Part shown: positions 45,492-58,566 of the stretch, in pieces
How the letters are laid out: the number at the start of each line of letters is the position of its first letter
Numbering within the stretch: position 1 is the first letter of the stretch
Origin: Escherichia phage vB_EcoM_JNE01
Reading direction: 5' to 3' (one strand)
DNA length: 64,000 bases
Sequence record: OR670491
Translations under genes and position numbers: made by a program
Notes under the pieces: model-generated
Told to the model about the DNA's origin: nothing
The model's input: the letters and a program-made list of their open reading frames with translations, nothing else
Database searches by the model: none

Positions 45492-46298
45492 ATGAGGTGC
45501 TTTTTTATGTCTTACGATTATATGGGTGGAAACCCTGATGCTCCGAATTTTGATCACAGAGAAAAACTAAAAGATGTGGTCACACAAATGTTAGGTGCAG
45601 GTGCAGTTGAAGTTGAAATCACTGATGGTCAACTCGAAATTGCAATTGATAATGCTGTTGCTAACTACCGTGCATGGAGTTCAGCTTCTAAAGAAGAAGC
45701 ATTTTTAAATATGAAATTTTACGATTCTCAGTCGGTCTATATGTTACCAACTGAAGTTGAAATCGTTAAAAAAATCTACCGCTATGGTAATGGTTATTTG
45801 AGTTCAGGTAGTGGTAACTCCGTTGACCCATTCTCACTTGCATTCACTAACTCATATTTGCTAACATCTGCTCGTAACGCAGGTGGTTATGACTTAACTA
45901 CTTATGACTTCAGTTTCCAGTTCCAAGAACTAGTGGGTCGTATGTTTGGTCGTGAAATTATATTTCAATTTAACCCAATGACTAAGAAACTAGTTATTGA
46001 CCGTGATATTCGCGGTACTGAAGAAGTACTGTTACACGTTTATCACAACATCCCTGAACCGCTCCTATTCATGCGTCAGATGAGCTATCCGTGGCTTCGT
46101 GACTGGACACTATCTGAAGCTATGATTATGCTTGGTCGTAACCGTGCGAAGTTTGCTACGCTACCAGGACCACAAGGGACATTCTCAATGGATGGTGATA
46201 CACTACGTAATGAAGGTCTTCAATTACAAGAACAGTTGAAAGAACGCTTGAAACGTTACGAAGATGGTGCAGATCCACTAGGTATGATTATAGGCTAA
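45492..46298 (+). CDS. hypothetical protein, possibly virion/neck-associated
   Basis: 268 aa upstream of sheath module; no diagnostic motif; start may be 45507 or 45522. Confidence 0.4.
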   Translation: MRCFFMSYDYMGGNPDAPNFDHREKLKDVVTQMLGAGAVEVEITDGQLEIAIDNAVANYRAWSSASKEEAFLNMKFYDSQSVYMLPTEVEIVKKIYRYGNGYLSSGSGNSVDPFSLAFTNSYLLTSARNAGGYDLTTYDFSFQFQELVGRMFGREIIFQFNPMTKKLVIDRDIRGTEEVLLHVYHNIPEPLLFMRQMSYPWLRDWTLSEAMIMLGRNRAKFATLPGPQGTFSMDGDTLRNEGLQLQEQLKERLKRYEDGADPLGMIIG

Positions 46299-46304
46299 TA
46301 AAAA

Positions 46305-46346
46305 AGACTCCTTTATGGGGTCTTTTTTCATATGTGGTGATATAAT
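46305..46346 (+). promoter_or_regulatory. terminator hairpin followed by extended -10 promoter (TGaTATAAT)
   Basis: AGACTCC-loop-GGGGTCT then TTTTTT; tgatataat at 46338-46346. Confidence 0.5.
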
Positions 46347-46373
46347 GTTTTTAAGTGAATTGAGGAATTTAAA

Positions 46374-46634
46374 ATGGGAACACAAAATTACAGAATTAAC
46401 AAATGTTATGACACATTCAAAGGTTCGGAAAGAATGTGGGAATTTGTCAAAACAGCACTTACTGACGTATTTGATAAAGAACGTTTGCATGTGTGGTGTA
46501 GCATTTATCGTTGTAATGATGTAACCAAATATGCAGTTTACTTAAGATTATTTGATGATGATGAGATTTTGAAGATTATGGTCGAATCAGCAGTTGGTAA
46601 AATTTTAAATGTATCAAAAGACACGGATGATTGA
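46374..46634 (+). CDS. hypothetical protein
   Basis: 86 aa. Confidence 0.4.
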   Translation: MGTQNYRINKCYDTFKGSERMWEFVKTALTDVFDKERLHVWCSIYRCNDVTKYAVYLRLFDDDEILKIMVESAVGKILNVSKDTDD

Positions 46635-46661
46635 TACAGTACTGAATTACATGGAGAAAAT

Positions 46662-47294
46662 ATGAAAAGGAAAATCGTAGCAGTTAATGGTACAATCGGT
46701 AGTGGTAAGAATGCATTCTCTGAACCATTCATCGATAATGGATTTACACAAATGTCTTTTGCAAAGAATCTCAAGGATTCAGTTGCAGCTATCTTTGGTT
46801 GGGATCGTGAAATGCTGGAAGGTATTACCAAAGAAAGTCGTGCTATCCGTGAAATTCCAGATGCGTACTGGTGTAAAAAACTAGGTCGTGATGATGTATC
46901 ACCGCGTTGGGTACTTCAATATTACGGTACTGACGTAGTTCGTCGTTATCTTAATAATGATATTTGGGTGTACAGTTTAGAGAAATCAATGCAAGACATT
47001 AAAGGTGATATTATCATTAGTGATTGTCGTTTTCCAAATGAATTAACGATGATTCGTGAAAATGGTGGTGTTGTTATTGAAGTACAACGAGAATTGCCAG
47101 AATGGTATAATGATGCATATCGTTATAATGTTCGTGGTGGTGATTTACCAGAAGCACTAAAAACTATTCACCCATCAGAGTGGGCTTGGATTGGTATTAA
47201 TAAACCAGATTATGTGGTTCAGAATAACAGTACCTTAGAAGAACTGAATAAACAAGCAGAATGGATTATTCACGGTATCAAAGACAAAAACTGA
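46662..47294 (+). CDS. deoxynucleoside monophosphate kinase-like P-loop kinase
   Basis: P-loop VNGTIGSGKN; YYGTDVVRRYLNNDIWV and ISDCRFPNE resemble T4 gene 1 dNMP kinase regions. Confidence 0.55.
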   Translation: MKRKIVAVNGTIGSGKNAFSEPFIDNGFTQMSFAKNLKDSVAAIFGWDREMLEGITKESRAIREIPDAYWCKKLGRDDVSPRWVLQYYGTDVVRRYLNNDIWVYSLEKSMQDIKGDIIISDCRFPNELTMIRENGGVVIEVQRELPEWYNDAYRYNVRGGDLPEALKTIHPSEWAWIGINKPDYVVQNNSTLEELNKQAEWIIHGIKDKN

Positions 47295-47382
47295 TCACTT
47301 TCAATAGCTAACTTTATATCCTCCAATAAATAAGACTATACGAATATATTTCGAATAACCAATTATTTTTGGAGGATTTAAT

Positions 47383-50046
47383 ATGGCAGGAGATCTACTC
47401 TCACCTGGCGTTTCCGTAACAGTAACTGATGAAAGTATGAGTACTGCGTCTGCTCCTGGTACAGTCCCACTATTCATTATCGCAACTGCGGAAGACAAAC
47501 TAGTACCTGGTAGCAGTGCAATCGCTGCTGGTACAACGAAAGCAAATGCTGGTAAACTACAGCTTTTAACATCACAAAAAAGTTCTTTGGACACCTATGG
47601 TACTCCAATTTTCCAAATGAGCAATGGTTCAGTTGTTCAAGGTGACGAACTTAACGAATATGGCCTACATGCAGTGTATTCCTATCTTGGAATTACTAAC
47701 CGTGCATACGTAGTGCGTGCTGACATTGACTTAGCTCAACTAGCACCATCTGCAACTGCACCAACTGGCCCAGTATCTAATGGCACTCTATGGCTTGATG
47801 TTGCTCAATCACAAGTTGAAGCATATGTAGCACGTAAAGACAGCCCAAGCAGTTTCTATGATTGGGAACTAAAAACCGTAACTATCGTATCTTCTGAAGA
47901 AGTTGCTGACGTTAGTACTATCGGTATGAATGTAAATGATCTAGTACTACGCTATAAGCCAAGTAACGGTCAGATGCTAATGTACAAATTTACTGCTTCT
48001 GGTTTGGTACAGATGGAAACTTATCTATCACCAATCAATAAAGTTCCAGTAGGCAGTACTATTGAACAAGGCAATATCTGGATTCGTGATGGCTATACTC
48101 AAAATGGTTCTAACTATTTTGGTACTCGCTTTGTAATTAAACGTTACGCTTCCCTAACTCAAGTTTGGAATACCGTTGCAGCTTATACTGGTAACTCTTT
48201 CCAAGAAATCGAAGCTAAAAGCGGTGCTCTAAGTAGTGCATTTATCGCAGTTCGTTTTGACGATGATAGTAAGAGTTTCTCTTTCTACATTCAAAGTGCT
48301 AAACTTTCTGTAATTAGTGCACCAGCAATGCCACTAGGCGAAACTGTTATTGAACAGGCTGGTGAAGACAGCTATTTAACTTTCCAATTCCTAAATCAAA
48401 CTGTTAAAGTACTAGCAGTACCGCAAGGTAATGTTATTAATACTCAAACAATCGTTGATAACGTGAATAAAAGTGCTGATCTAATTAACAATGGCTTTAA
48501 ATTTAAACGTGAATCTAATGGTGGTTTCGTAGTTACTAACGTTAAAGGTTATAGTTTCAAAATTACCCAAAGTGGTGATGATATTTTTGATGCAACTGAA
48601 ATCAAAAAACTAACTGTTGACAGTAACAACTACTCTCTAATCAACGTTAACAACTTCCGTGTTGATTCTTCTGTGCCACGCAGTACTGCTAAAGAAGGTA
48701 CTCTATGGTATGATTTTGGTAACTCTGACAACCTAACCGTTACTATGTACATCGCTGATGTAGCTAATGACGAATGGGACGTAGTTCAAGAAGACAACAA
48801 ATACGTTCAACTAGACGAACCTGCTGCTGACCGTTTGATTTGGGTATCTCCTAAATCTCAAGGTATCGATGGTTATGACTTCTATCGTAACGTAAATGGT
48901 GAGTGGGTTAAACTAGACCAAACTGACCAAAGTACTCTAAACGGTATGATCTTTGAAGATTTCAACTTCCCTGAACAAGTACCTGCTGCTGCTCTATATC
49001 AGAATGGTATGCTCGCAATCGACCTAGGCAATACCGAAGGTGTTGTTAAGAAAATGGTTAATGGTCAATGGCAAGTAGTTAGTGGTGTTGGTATTGATGG
49101 TAATGGTCTATTTGGTCGTGCTGCACAACGTCAACTAATCGTTGAAGCACTAGCTGCTGTTGTAGTTGGTAACGATGATATCCGTTCCGAATTTATCGAC
49201 TTTAACCTAATCTGTGTTCCTGGTTATGTTGAACTACTAGATGAGTGTGTTACTCTAAACACTGACCGTAAAGAAACTGCTTTCATCGTAACTGATGTTC
49301 CAGCACGTTTGAACCCAACTGGTAACGGTAGTGAAGTTCAAGAATGGGCTACTAACGCAAACAATGCACCAAGCAACGGTTCTGTAGGTCGTACTACTGC
49401 TTATGATTATGCTGCTCAGTATATGGGCTGGGGTCTAAGTACTAACGTTGATGGTGAAGAAGTTGCAGTTCCTGGTAGTACTATTGCAATGCGTACCTAT
49501 GCGTACAGTGATAGTGTTAGCTACGTTTGGTATCCACCTGCTGGTACTACTCGTGGTGTGGTAACTAACGCTTCATCTATTGGCTTTATTAACGACGAAG
49601 GTGAATATCAACCAGTTGTTTATAACCAAGGCCAACGTGATGTAATGTATACCAACAACATCAACCCAATTGCAATGCGTCCTAACCGTGGTTTGCTAGT
49701 TTATGGAGATAAAACTCTATCTGCTAACCAAACTTCAGCACTAAGCCGTGTTAACGTTGCTCGTTTAGTTGTTTATATTCGTCGTCAACTAGAAATCATT
49801 TCCGAGCCATTCCTATTCCGTTTGAATACCCCAAGTACTCGTCAGGAATTCGCTGGTGTAGTGAATAGTTTCCTAGCAGAAATCGTTCAACAACAAGGTC
49901 TATATAACTTCGCAGTAGTTTGTGACGAAAGTAACAACACTTCCGAGCGTATTGACCGTAACGAACTCTGGATGGATATCGCAATTCAACCAACTAAGAG
50001 TATCAACTTCATTTACGTACCAATTCGTATTGAAAAAACTCAATAA
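47383..50046 (+). CDS. contractile tail sheath protein
   Basis: 887 aa; C-terminal YGDKT...RVNVARLVVY...VVCDESNNTSERIDRNEL...IQPTKSINFIY matches conserved C-terminal domain of T4 gp18-type sheath; RBS ggagg. Confidence 0.9.
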   Translation: MAGDLLSPGVSVTVTDESMSTASAPGTVPLFIIATAEDKLVPGSSAIAAGTTKANAGKLQLLTSQKSSLDTYGTPIFQMSNGSVVQGDELNEYGLHAVYSYLGITNRAYVVRADIDLAQLAPSATAPTGPVSNGTLWLDVAQSQVEAYVARKDSPSSFYDWELKTVTIVSSEEVADVSTIGMNVNDLVLRYKPSNGQMLMYKFTASGLVQMETYLSPINKVPVGSTIEQGNIWIRDGYTQNGSNYFGTRFVIKRYASLTQVWNTVAAYTGNSFQEIEAKSGALSSAFIAVRFDDDSKSFSFYIQSAKLSVISAPAMPLGETVIEQAGEDSYLTFQFLNQTVKVLAVPQGNVINTQTIVDNVNKSADLINNGFKFKRESNGGFVVTNVKGYSFKITQSGDDIFDATEIKKLTVDSNNYSLINVNNFRVDSSVPRSTAKEGTLWYDFGNSDNLTVTMYIADVANDEWDVVQEDNKYVQLDEPAADRLIWVSPKSQGIDGYDFYRNVNGEWVKLDQTDQSTLNGMIFEDFNFPEQVPAAALYQNGMLAIDLGNTEGVVKKMVNGQWQVVSGVGIDGNGLFGRAAQRQLIVEALAAVVVGNDDIRSEFIDFNLICVPGYVELLDECVTLNTDRKETAFIVTDVPARLNPTGNGSEVQEWATNANNAPSNGSVGRTTAYDYAAQYMGWGLSTNVDGEEVAVPGSTIAMRTYAYSDSVSYVWYPPAGTTRGVVTNASSIGFINDEGEYQPVVYNQGQRDVMYTNNINPIAMRPNRGLLVYGDKTLSANQTSALSRVNVARLVVYIRRQLEIISEPFLFRLNTPSTRQEFAGVVNSFLAEIVQQQGLYNFAVVCDESNNTSERIDRNELWMDIAIQPTKSINFIYVPIRIEKTQ

Positions 50047-50057
50047 TAAAACATTAA

Positions 50058-50083
50058 GGGAGCCGTTTGGCTCCCTTTTTTTA
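50058..50083 (+). terminator. intrinsic terminator
   Basis: GGGAGCC-GTTT-GGCTCCC then TTTTTTT. Confidence 0.7.
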
Positions 50084-50432
50084 TTGTAAAAATTAAATAC
50101 AATACAATATTATTATATGGGTAATTATATGGAAGAAATATTAAAGTCGATATTACAAGAACTTAGCTCCCATGTATCAACTCAAGATGAATCTCTTGAT
50201 TTACTTTATGCAGTACTGGATATAATCAAAGACTGTCGGTATTATTAAAAGTTTCATTGTGTATAAAAATGGGAAATGGTCGAATGGCATCAGGTACTTA
50301 GATAGTACTGGAGAAACAAAATATCTTTATTGCATTAATATTAATTGGTTTCCAGTTGAAGGTTTCAGTCATTAATATTAAGTTGTTTAGATAAATAATA
50401 TAAAGATGTCATTCCATGAAAGGAGAATTTCA

Positions 50433-51119
50433 ATGGCTACAATGCTTGATCGATATGGTGTTCCGCTCGCTGGCGGTGGTCGTATCTCTATGAAACAACC
50501 AAAAGCAAAATACAAATTCCGTGTTATTTTCTTTGGTTTCGGTGCTAATGATGACGGTAATATGATTACACTTGATACTAACACTGTTGGTGCGGTATCA
50601 GTATCACATGAAAACGTAACTGTTCATAGCTATAACAGTTCTGCACACTACAAAGGCAAATATACTTGGGATAGTATCGAAGTTGCATTCCGTGATTCAG
50701 TAGGTAACGCTTCTTCAAAAGCTCTTTACAACCAAATGCGTAAAGAATTTAACTACTACAGTCAAGAATCTCGTATGACTGATTCACAATTCAAATTTGA
50801 AATGTGGATTCAGGAACTTGATGGTTCTAACAGTGAAAATGCTACTAACCTATACGAAGGTACACTAAGTACTTGGGTATGTCAGGGTTGCTTTATTGAA
50901 TCCAGTAACTTTGGCGACTGGGATTATTCATCCAGTGAAGCTCAAGTTATCACCATGACTGTTCAACCTGATGGTTGTGCTAAATTGGGTCCAAATGGCG
51001 AAGCGTTCGGTGATGAAGTTAGTGCGTTCGGTAATCCGTCCACCTCTACCTCTATCAGCGGTGCACAAACCAACATTAGTAGTACTACTCTTCCAGATAG
51101 TAACTTCTACGAAAACTAA
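50433..51119 (+). CDS. tail tube protein
   Basis: Directly downstream of sheath; N-terminal MATMLDRYGVPLAGGGR...KAKYKFRVIFF typical of myovirus tube N-termini; start refined to ATG 50433 (RBS aaaggag). Confidence 0.7.
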   Translation: MATMLDRYGVPLAGGGRISMKQPKAKYKFRVIFFGFGANDDGNMITLDTNTVGAVSVSHENVTVHSYNSSAHYKGKYTWDSIEVAFRDSVGNASSKALYNQMRKEFNYYSQESRMTDSQFKFEMWIQELDGSNSENATNLYEGTLSTWVCQGCFIESSNFGDWDYSSSEAQVITMTVQPDGCAKLGPNGEAFGDEVSAFGNPSTSTSISGAQTNISSTTLPDSNFYEN

Positions 51120-51132
51120 TTTAATAAAGTTT

Positions 51133-51160
51133 AAGCCTCGAACTTGTTCGGGGCTTTTTT
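51133..51160 (+). terminator. intrinsic terminator
   Basis: AAGCCTCGAAC-TTG-GTTCGGGGCTT then TTTTTT. Confidence 0.55.
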
Positions 51161-51206
51161 TATGCTAAATAAAGTATATACCTTAAAAATATAATAAGAG
51201 GTTGCT

Positions 51207-51983
51207 ATGGCAAATAACATGATTAGTAAATATGGCGTTCCTTTACCATCTGGTCGTAACCGTTCCATGTTACAACCTAAAGCAAAGTACAAATTCAGAG
51301 TGATAGTTTATAACTTCGGTACTGAAATTGATGAACGTGACCATATTGCATTAGACGTAGATAAAGTTGATCGTCCTACAGTATCATTCAATACTCATAA
51401 ACTTTTTCAATTTACTACGAACACATCATATATTGGTAGTTACGATTGGGAACCAATTACACTAACAATCCGTGATTCTGTCGGTAACGCTTCTGCAAAA
51501 GCACTATCCAGACAATTACAAAAACAAATTGACTTTCAGCGTAGAATTACATCCAGAACAGACCAAGACTATGGCTCTTATAAGTTCGGCATTGTTATTC
51601 AAATGTTGAATGGGCGAAACTCAGATGATACAATAGATAACTTGGCAAGAAATACTGCTACATCAGCAGCTACATCGTTAACAAATAATGGTGGTCTTGT
51701 CAATGCTGTTGACCAATTTATTGGGGGTTCAACATACAATAGTGCAGGTGTTATGGAATACTTTGTACTAACTGGATGTGTCATTCAAAATATATCTTAT
51801 GATTCGTTGGATTATAGTTCTAGTAATTCTGTGGAAATGACTATTTCAATTAAGCCTGATAACTGTATCCAGTTTGACAACATTGAAGAAATGTACAGTA
51901 CTCGTATTAACTCACTATTACCTGAAAACGTCAATCAAGGATTAGATATAATTGACCGTGTTTTCGGTAGTATCGGATTTTAA
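51207..51983 (+). CDS. tail tube paralog (tube or tube-initiator-like)
   Basis: N-terminus MANNMISKYGVPLPSGRNRSMLQPKAKYKFRVIVY is clearly paralogous to 50433 gene; RBS aagagg. Confidence 0.6.
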   Translation: MANNMISKYGVPLPSGRNRSMLQPKAKYKFRVIVYNFGTEIDERDHIALDVDKVDRPTVSFNTHKLFQFTTNTSYIGSYDWEPITLTIRDSVGNASAKALSRQLQKQIDFQRRITSRTDQDYGSYKFGIVIQMLNGRNSDDTIDNLARNTATSAATSLTNNGGLVNAVDQFIGGSTYNSAGVMEYFVLTGCVIQNISYDSLDYSSSNSVEMTISIKPDNCIQFDNIEEMYSTRINSLLPENVNQGLDIIDRVFGSIGF

Positions 51984-51995
51984 GGGGAGTGAAAT

Positions 51996-54115
<2,120 letters not shown>

Positions 54116-54145
54116 CTTAAACTACTATATTATGGAGTTATTATA

Positions 54146-54679
54146 ATGAACAAATTACAACAAATCCTCACGGATAACAAACCTGTCTATGAATATCGTG
54201 TAAAATTTGCTTTTGAGCCAAGCAACGAACAACTAAGTAAAGTAACACAACGCCTTATGGATCGTTATGATGCTTTCGAAGTTGGTGGCCTTAAGAAAAC
54301 TATCTTCATGGAAAAACCACTTGATTTTTATGATTTAGATTGTGGTGAAATTTGGATGTTTGATTTTAAATGTAACCGTGGTGTTCAATCAAACGTACTA
54401 ATGTATGAAATTGGTAATCTACTAAGCGTAACCGAAGCACTAATTCGTATTCGCAGTAAAGATGAACCACGTCAAATTGAAATGACTGATCTGGAAGATG
54501 ATATCGATTTTGATGATTATGAACCAGTTATTGGTGTACCATTTGGTGCTCCAGAAGACAGTACTGATATCGCTGGTCAGGAACGTGCTGAAACCGCAGT
54601 CAAAGATGCAATTGATGCAGTAAAAAAGGACAATAAATACTCTCAATATATGAGTGCTGGTTTTGGTAAAAAGGATTAA
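54146..54679 (+). CDS. hypothetical protein
   Basis: 177 aa. Confidence 0.45.
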   Translation: MNKLQQILTDNKPVYEYRVKFAFEPSNEQLSKVTQRLMDRYDAFEVGGLKKTIFMEKPLDFYDLDCGEIWMFDFKCNRGVQSNVLMYEIGNLLSVTEALIRIRSKDEPRQIEMTDLEDDIDFDDYEPVIGVPFGAPEDSTDIAGQERAETAVKDAIDAVKKDNKYSQYMSAGFGKKD

Positions 54680-54682
54680 GAT

Positions 54683-55228
54683 ATGAGTATACTCAATGAA
54701 ATGTTTGAATATGACGATCAAGAATTGAATGAAGCTCGTCCTTATAGCCGTTCTCAAGGTGCAATCGATAATGCAAAAGGGAAAGTTAAAGGATTCTTCG
54801 GTAGTGGTCAGGTTGAGCAAGGTGCACAAGAAGTTGGTGCTGAAGCAAACCGTCTATGGGCTGAGTTTAAACGTTATATAGGTCGTAAGTACGGTAAAGC
54901 ACAACCTTCAGTGCCATTTGCTGATGTTGCACAATTTTTTAAAGGTAACAACTTAGATGTTAAGCATCTTGGTAACAATCCACGTCGTTCCTTTACACCT
55001 AAAGATGTAGGTGCAGCATTACTTGCGGCAGCACGTGAAAGTATGGATCTTTATCGTGATCAGGAAGAAGCTCCTGCTGAACAACCTAAGCCGCAAGGTA
55101 AACCACAAGAAGAACCTCAACAACAACCAGAACCTAAAGCTGCTCCACAGCCTGGTGCTAGTGTTCCTGATGTTCTACAAAAACTAAGTCCAGAGCAACG
55201 CGATCAACTATTACGTATGCTTTCGTAA
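54683..55228 (+). CDS. hypothetical protein with Pro/Gln-rich C-terminus
   Basis: C-terminal EQPKPQGKPQEEPQQQPEPKAAPQPG low-complexity region. Confidence 0.45.
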   Translation: MSILNEMFEYDDQELNEARPYSRSQGAIDNAKGKVKGFFGSGQVEQGAQEVGAEANRLWAEFKRYIGRKYGKAQPSVPFADVAQFFKGNNLDVKHLGNNPRRSFTPKDVGAALLAAARESMDLYRDQEEAPAEQPKPQGKPQEEPQQQPEPKAAPQPGASVPDVLQKLSPEQRDQLLRMLS

Positions 55229-55241
55229 GGAGAATTAACAC

Positions 55242-56753
55242 ATGGATAATTTTTTCAGTACTGATAGTACAGTAGTACCTAATTTATATGTGTACACGTC
55301 ACATACTGGTGCAAAATATGTGTTTGTTGAAGGTTTATGGTTCAATGACAGTAATATGTTAATGGTTGATCCTCAAAAATATCCATCTCTATATGCTTGT
55401 GCTCGACAACAGATTGTTGAGCACAATCTTTCAACTAACAATACTTATAAAATTGGTCAGACATATATCCAAGAAGGTATAGAATGCACGTTCTTGGGTG
55501 AAAACCGTTTCAATTCAGCAAAAGGTCTTATCCTAACTGAGAGTGAGATTATTACAGAACTGATGGCTGATGATCATCGTGTATATAACGTCACAAAAGA
55601 AACACTTCAAAAAGAATGGAATGCTTTAAAATTCTACATTCTCCCTCCATATGCTGATGATATTTCAATTCCTGCTGGGATGGAAGTTAATGGTTTTAAA
55701 TTTATTCCTAAGAATCATCGTTTTGTTGATAGTCGTACTGGACGCCCAGTTGATCCTGCAATGACACGTAAACTAAGTGAAGAAGGTCTTAGAATTGCAC
55801 GTCAGTTAGCAACTAAAAACAAACTAGTTCCTATCAAATCTACCTTAGTTCAAGGTAATACCCGTTCAGAATGGAATGGTAAAGAATTTTGTGATAATGA
55901 TGGTAATGTTGTGATTCCTGCTCAAAATGCACATTCTATTATTAGTGCTTACCAACAATTTGTTAAAGCGAACCCTGCTGACTTCCCAAGCCTAACTGGT
56001 GATGATGGTCAGGGTGAACAACGTTTTGGAAGTGGTGAGAAGCCTGAACAACCAAATAATAAAGAAAAACTGCCAGTATTTGCTACTAAAGAATCTATCA
56101 ATGAAGCAGATGAAGAAGAAGTATCAGTAACTGTACCACATGGTTATCGAATTACTTCTAAATCTGGTAAAACTTACATTAAACAAAATGATAAATGGTT
56201 TGATGTAGATACTAAAAAACAACTTAATACTAGTGCCGCTAAAAGTGTTGAACGTGCTGCACAGAATAGTATTATTCAGCACAATGAATCAGGTGCAATG
56301 AAGATTGGAACAACAATTAATTCCAAGAAAGGTAAACAATATAGTTATATTGGTGGTAACCGCTTCATTTCCGACGATGGTAAGATTATACCAAAGTCTG
56401 CTGCTGAACAAATCCTTGCTCGTTATGATGAAGAACGTGCTGCTAAAGAGGACAAGCCTGAAGAAGTTAAACAGGATGAAGTTAAATCCGAAGTTGAAGC
56501 TCCGAAGCCTCCAAAGGAAGAACAGAAACCTAAAGCAGAAGAACCAACAGAGGAACCAGTTAAATCTGATGATGAAGTTTCTCCTGAAGTTCAATCTATT
56601 GCTTCTAAAATTAAAGAATCCCCTCACGCACAAAGGATTAAAGTACTGTTAACTCGTGGTGATGAGGTATCTCTGTTAGCAGCAGATATCCTACTATCGG
56701 GTAAGAAGGATGAAACAGTTCAAATTTTAAAATCATTAAATAAGAATGATTGA
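55242..56753 (+). CDS. hypothetical protein with Lys/Glu-rich C-terminal region
   Basis: 503 aa; C-terminal KEDKPEEVKQDEVKSEVEAPKPPKEEQKPKAEEP. Confidence 0.5.
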   Translation: MDNFFSTDSTVVPNLYVYTSHTGAKYVFVEGLWFNDSNMLMVDPQKYPSLYACARQQIVEHNLSTNNTYKIGQTYIQEGIECTFLGENRFNSAKGLILTESEIITELMADDHRVYNVTKETLQKEWNALKFYILPPYADDISIPAGMEVNGFKFIPKNHRFVDSRTGRPVDPAMTRKLSEEGLRIARQLATKNKLVPIKSTLVQGNTRSEWNGKEFCDNDGNVVIPAQNAHSIISAYQQFVKANPADFPSLTGDDGQGEQRFGSGEKPEQPNNKEKLPVFATKESINEADEEEVSVTVPHGYRITSKSGKTYIKQNDKWFDVDTKKQLNTSAAKSVERAAQNSIIQHNESGAMKIGTTINSKKGKQYSYIGGNRFISDDGKIIPKSAAEQILARYDEERAAKEDKPEEVKQDEVKSEVEAPKPPKEEQKPKAEEPTEEPVKSDDEVSPEVQSIASKIKESPHAQRIKVLLTRGDEVSLLAADILLSGKKDETVQILKSLNKND

Positions 56754-56775
56754 TAACTAAAAGGATTTATTCAAA

Positions 56776-57783
56776 ATGGCTAAAAAAATTAACGAAGCAC
56801 AAGTTAAAATCGATATCGCAGGTCTAGAATCTGAAGATTTAGAAACCCTATCACGTATGCTTGCACTAGCTGGTCAAGCTGAACGCCAAGCACCTACTGT
56901 TGCTCCAGTTCCTTCTATGGGGTCTATGACCCCATCTCTCTCCCCAATTGAACCACTAGATATGGATTCTTTAGGTGGTAGCGAAGAAGAAGTTGGTGTA
57001 GAAGTAGGGGCTGATGTTGCTGAACCAGTACAAGATCCACTAGATTCAGCAGTTGATAGTTTATCTGCTGATGTAGGTGATTTTGGTGCTGATGATGAAA
57101 TTGAAATGGATGCAGAAATTAGTGCTGATCCAGTAGGCGATGATTTCAGTGCAGAAGAAGAAGTTGAAGATATGGGTCTAGGTCTTGGTGGTCAACCGAC
57201 ACTAGAATCTGTTGAAGAAGAAGAGGAAGAAGAAGTAATAGAAGAAGAATTCGATTTCAGCCGTATGCTTTCCCTAGCTGGTATTGATGACGAAGACGAT
57301 TCCTATTCAGTTGAAGACAACCCAGATACTGAAGTTAAAATGTCAGAGAATCAATTCCTACCAGACCTATCTATTTCTGAAGAAGATGAGTCCAGTGATA
57401 CTACTTCATTTGGTCCTTATCCTTCTGAAGCTGACGCTGTTCGTGATGCACAACGCAAGACTAATGGTGTTGAAGGTGATAACTTTGTCGTTACTGCTAA
57501 AGGTAATCAGTTCTACTGGAGTCGTGTTGTTCAAGAAGATCTTGACAATGTTCCAGATCCAGAGTACTATGACAATGAAGGAAACGAGAACCGTGTTCAC
57601 AAGTTTGAACCAAAATTCCCTGGTACTGCGTTAGGTGATAACCCACTAAACGTAAATGAGAGTGAAGAAGATGAAGACTCTCTAGAAAGTAATCCAGAAC
57701 TAGAAGATGATTCTGATGAAGAAGTAGAAGATATCTTTGAAAGTCTCCAAGCTAAGTACGAGAAATTTCTTGGAGGGAAATAA
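56776..57783 (+). CDS. highly acidic protein
   Basis: 335 aa with long Asp/Glu runs (EEEEEEVIEEE, DDEDD). Confidence 0.5.
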   Translation: MAKKINEAQVKIDIAGLESEDLETLSRMLALAGQAERQAPTVAPVPSMGSMTPSLSPIEPLDMDSLGGSEEEVGVEVGADVAEPVQDPLDSAVDSLSADVGDFGADDEIEMDAEISADPVGDDFSAEEEVEDMGLGLGGQPTLESVEEEEEEEVIEEEFDFSRMLSLAGIDDEDDSYSVEDNPDTEVKMSENQFLPDLSISEEDESSDTTSFGPYPSEADAVRDAQRKTNGVEGDNFVVTAKGNQFYWSRVVQEDLDNVPDPEYYDNEGNENRVHKFEPKFPGTALGDNPLNVNESEEDEDSLESNPELEDDSDEEVEDIFESLQAKYEKFLGGK

Positions 57784-57786
57784 AAA

Positions 57787-58161
57787 ATGGGATATAATTA
57801 CCGTGAACTCGTTGAAGCGTTAGATGAAATTACTTCACAGGAAGACGAAAGTTTTTCTGTGGAAACACCTTCAGATGATGTTGTAATCGATTTACTGAAA
57901 GATATCACCAAATGCCTTATCCACTGTGTGGATAAGGTTAAATCAGGTGAAGATGTTGACGAAATCGCTGAAAAATTACAAAAAGCTCGTGACATACTAG
58001 ATGATATGAAGTATAATGATGAAAGTACTGAAGCAGTTGAAGAAGACTGCTGTTACGGTACTGAAGACATGGCTCCTACAATTGGGAAAGATGGCGTCCA
58101 AGACTACAGTGTTAAAGATGCTCCTTCTTATGCAGCGAGACATGGTTTCGTAGGAATGTAA
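57787..58161 (+). CDS. hypothetical acidic protein
   Basis: 124 aa. Confidence 0.45.
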   Translation: MGYNYRELVEALDEITSQEDESFSVETPSDDVVIDLLKDITKCLIHCVDKVKSGEDVDEIAEKLQKARDILDDMKYNDESTEAVEEDCCYGTEDMAPTIGKDGVQDYSVKDAPSYAARHGFVGM

Positions 58162-58164
58162 GTT

Positions 58165-58542
58165 ATGATGCCTACTCCATCGAACAGTACTGAATATCAG
58201 AATAATGTTCTCCACAAGATAAAGGAGATACATGAGTCAGACGCAGCTATAACAGACCGTATGCTTCTGATGTCAATTTTTGAAAATTTCAGAACTGGCG
58301 GTGGATTGAGATTGAGTAAGTACGGATTTAAATTGTGTGAAGAAAATAAACTTTACGAATTTACAAAAATCCCCTTGCGAAAAGATTTCAAAAGCTCTAT
58401 AATGTTTACATCGCTTGACAGGATATGTGCTGAACCTTACTATGTTGACGGTCAGTACATATACCTCGCAGACATAATGATTGTTACTGAGTTGACATTA
58501 TGCTGCGATGACTTTAAAATGTTATTCTCGAATCATCAGTGA
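58165..58542 (+). CDS. hypothetical protein
   Basis: 125 aa. Confidence 0.45.
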   Translation: MMPTPSNSTEYQNNVLHKIKEIHESDAAITDRMLLMSIFENFRTGGGLRLSKYGFKLCEENKLYEFTKIPLRKDFKSSIMFTSLDRICAEPYYVDGQYIYLADIMIVTELTLCCDDFKMLFSNHQ

Positions 58543-58566
58543 TTCGAAAATAAAGAAAAAAAGTTC

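Noticed and set aside
50129-50248. 39 aa ORF in the sheath-tube intergenic region
   Set aside because: Possible small gene, but no clear RBS and the region more likely holds late-promoter and leader sequence.
56305-57634. Alternative-frame + strand ORFs inside 55242..56753 and 56776..57783 (56305..56652, 57284..57634)
   Set aside because: Low-complexity K/L-rich translations of the charged-protein genes in a shifted frame; no independent start signals.
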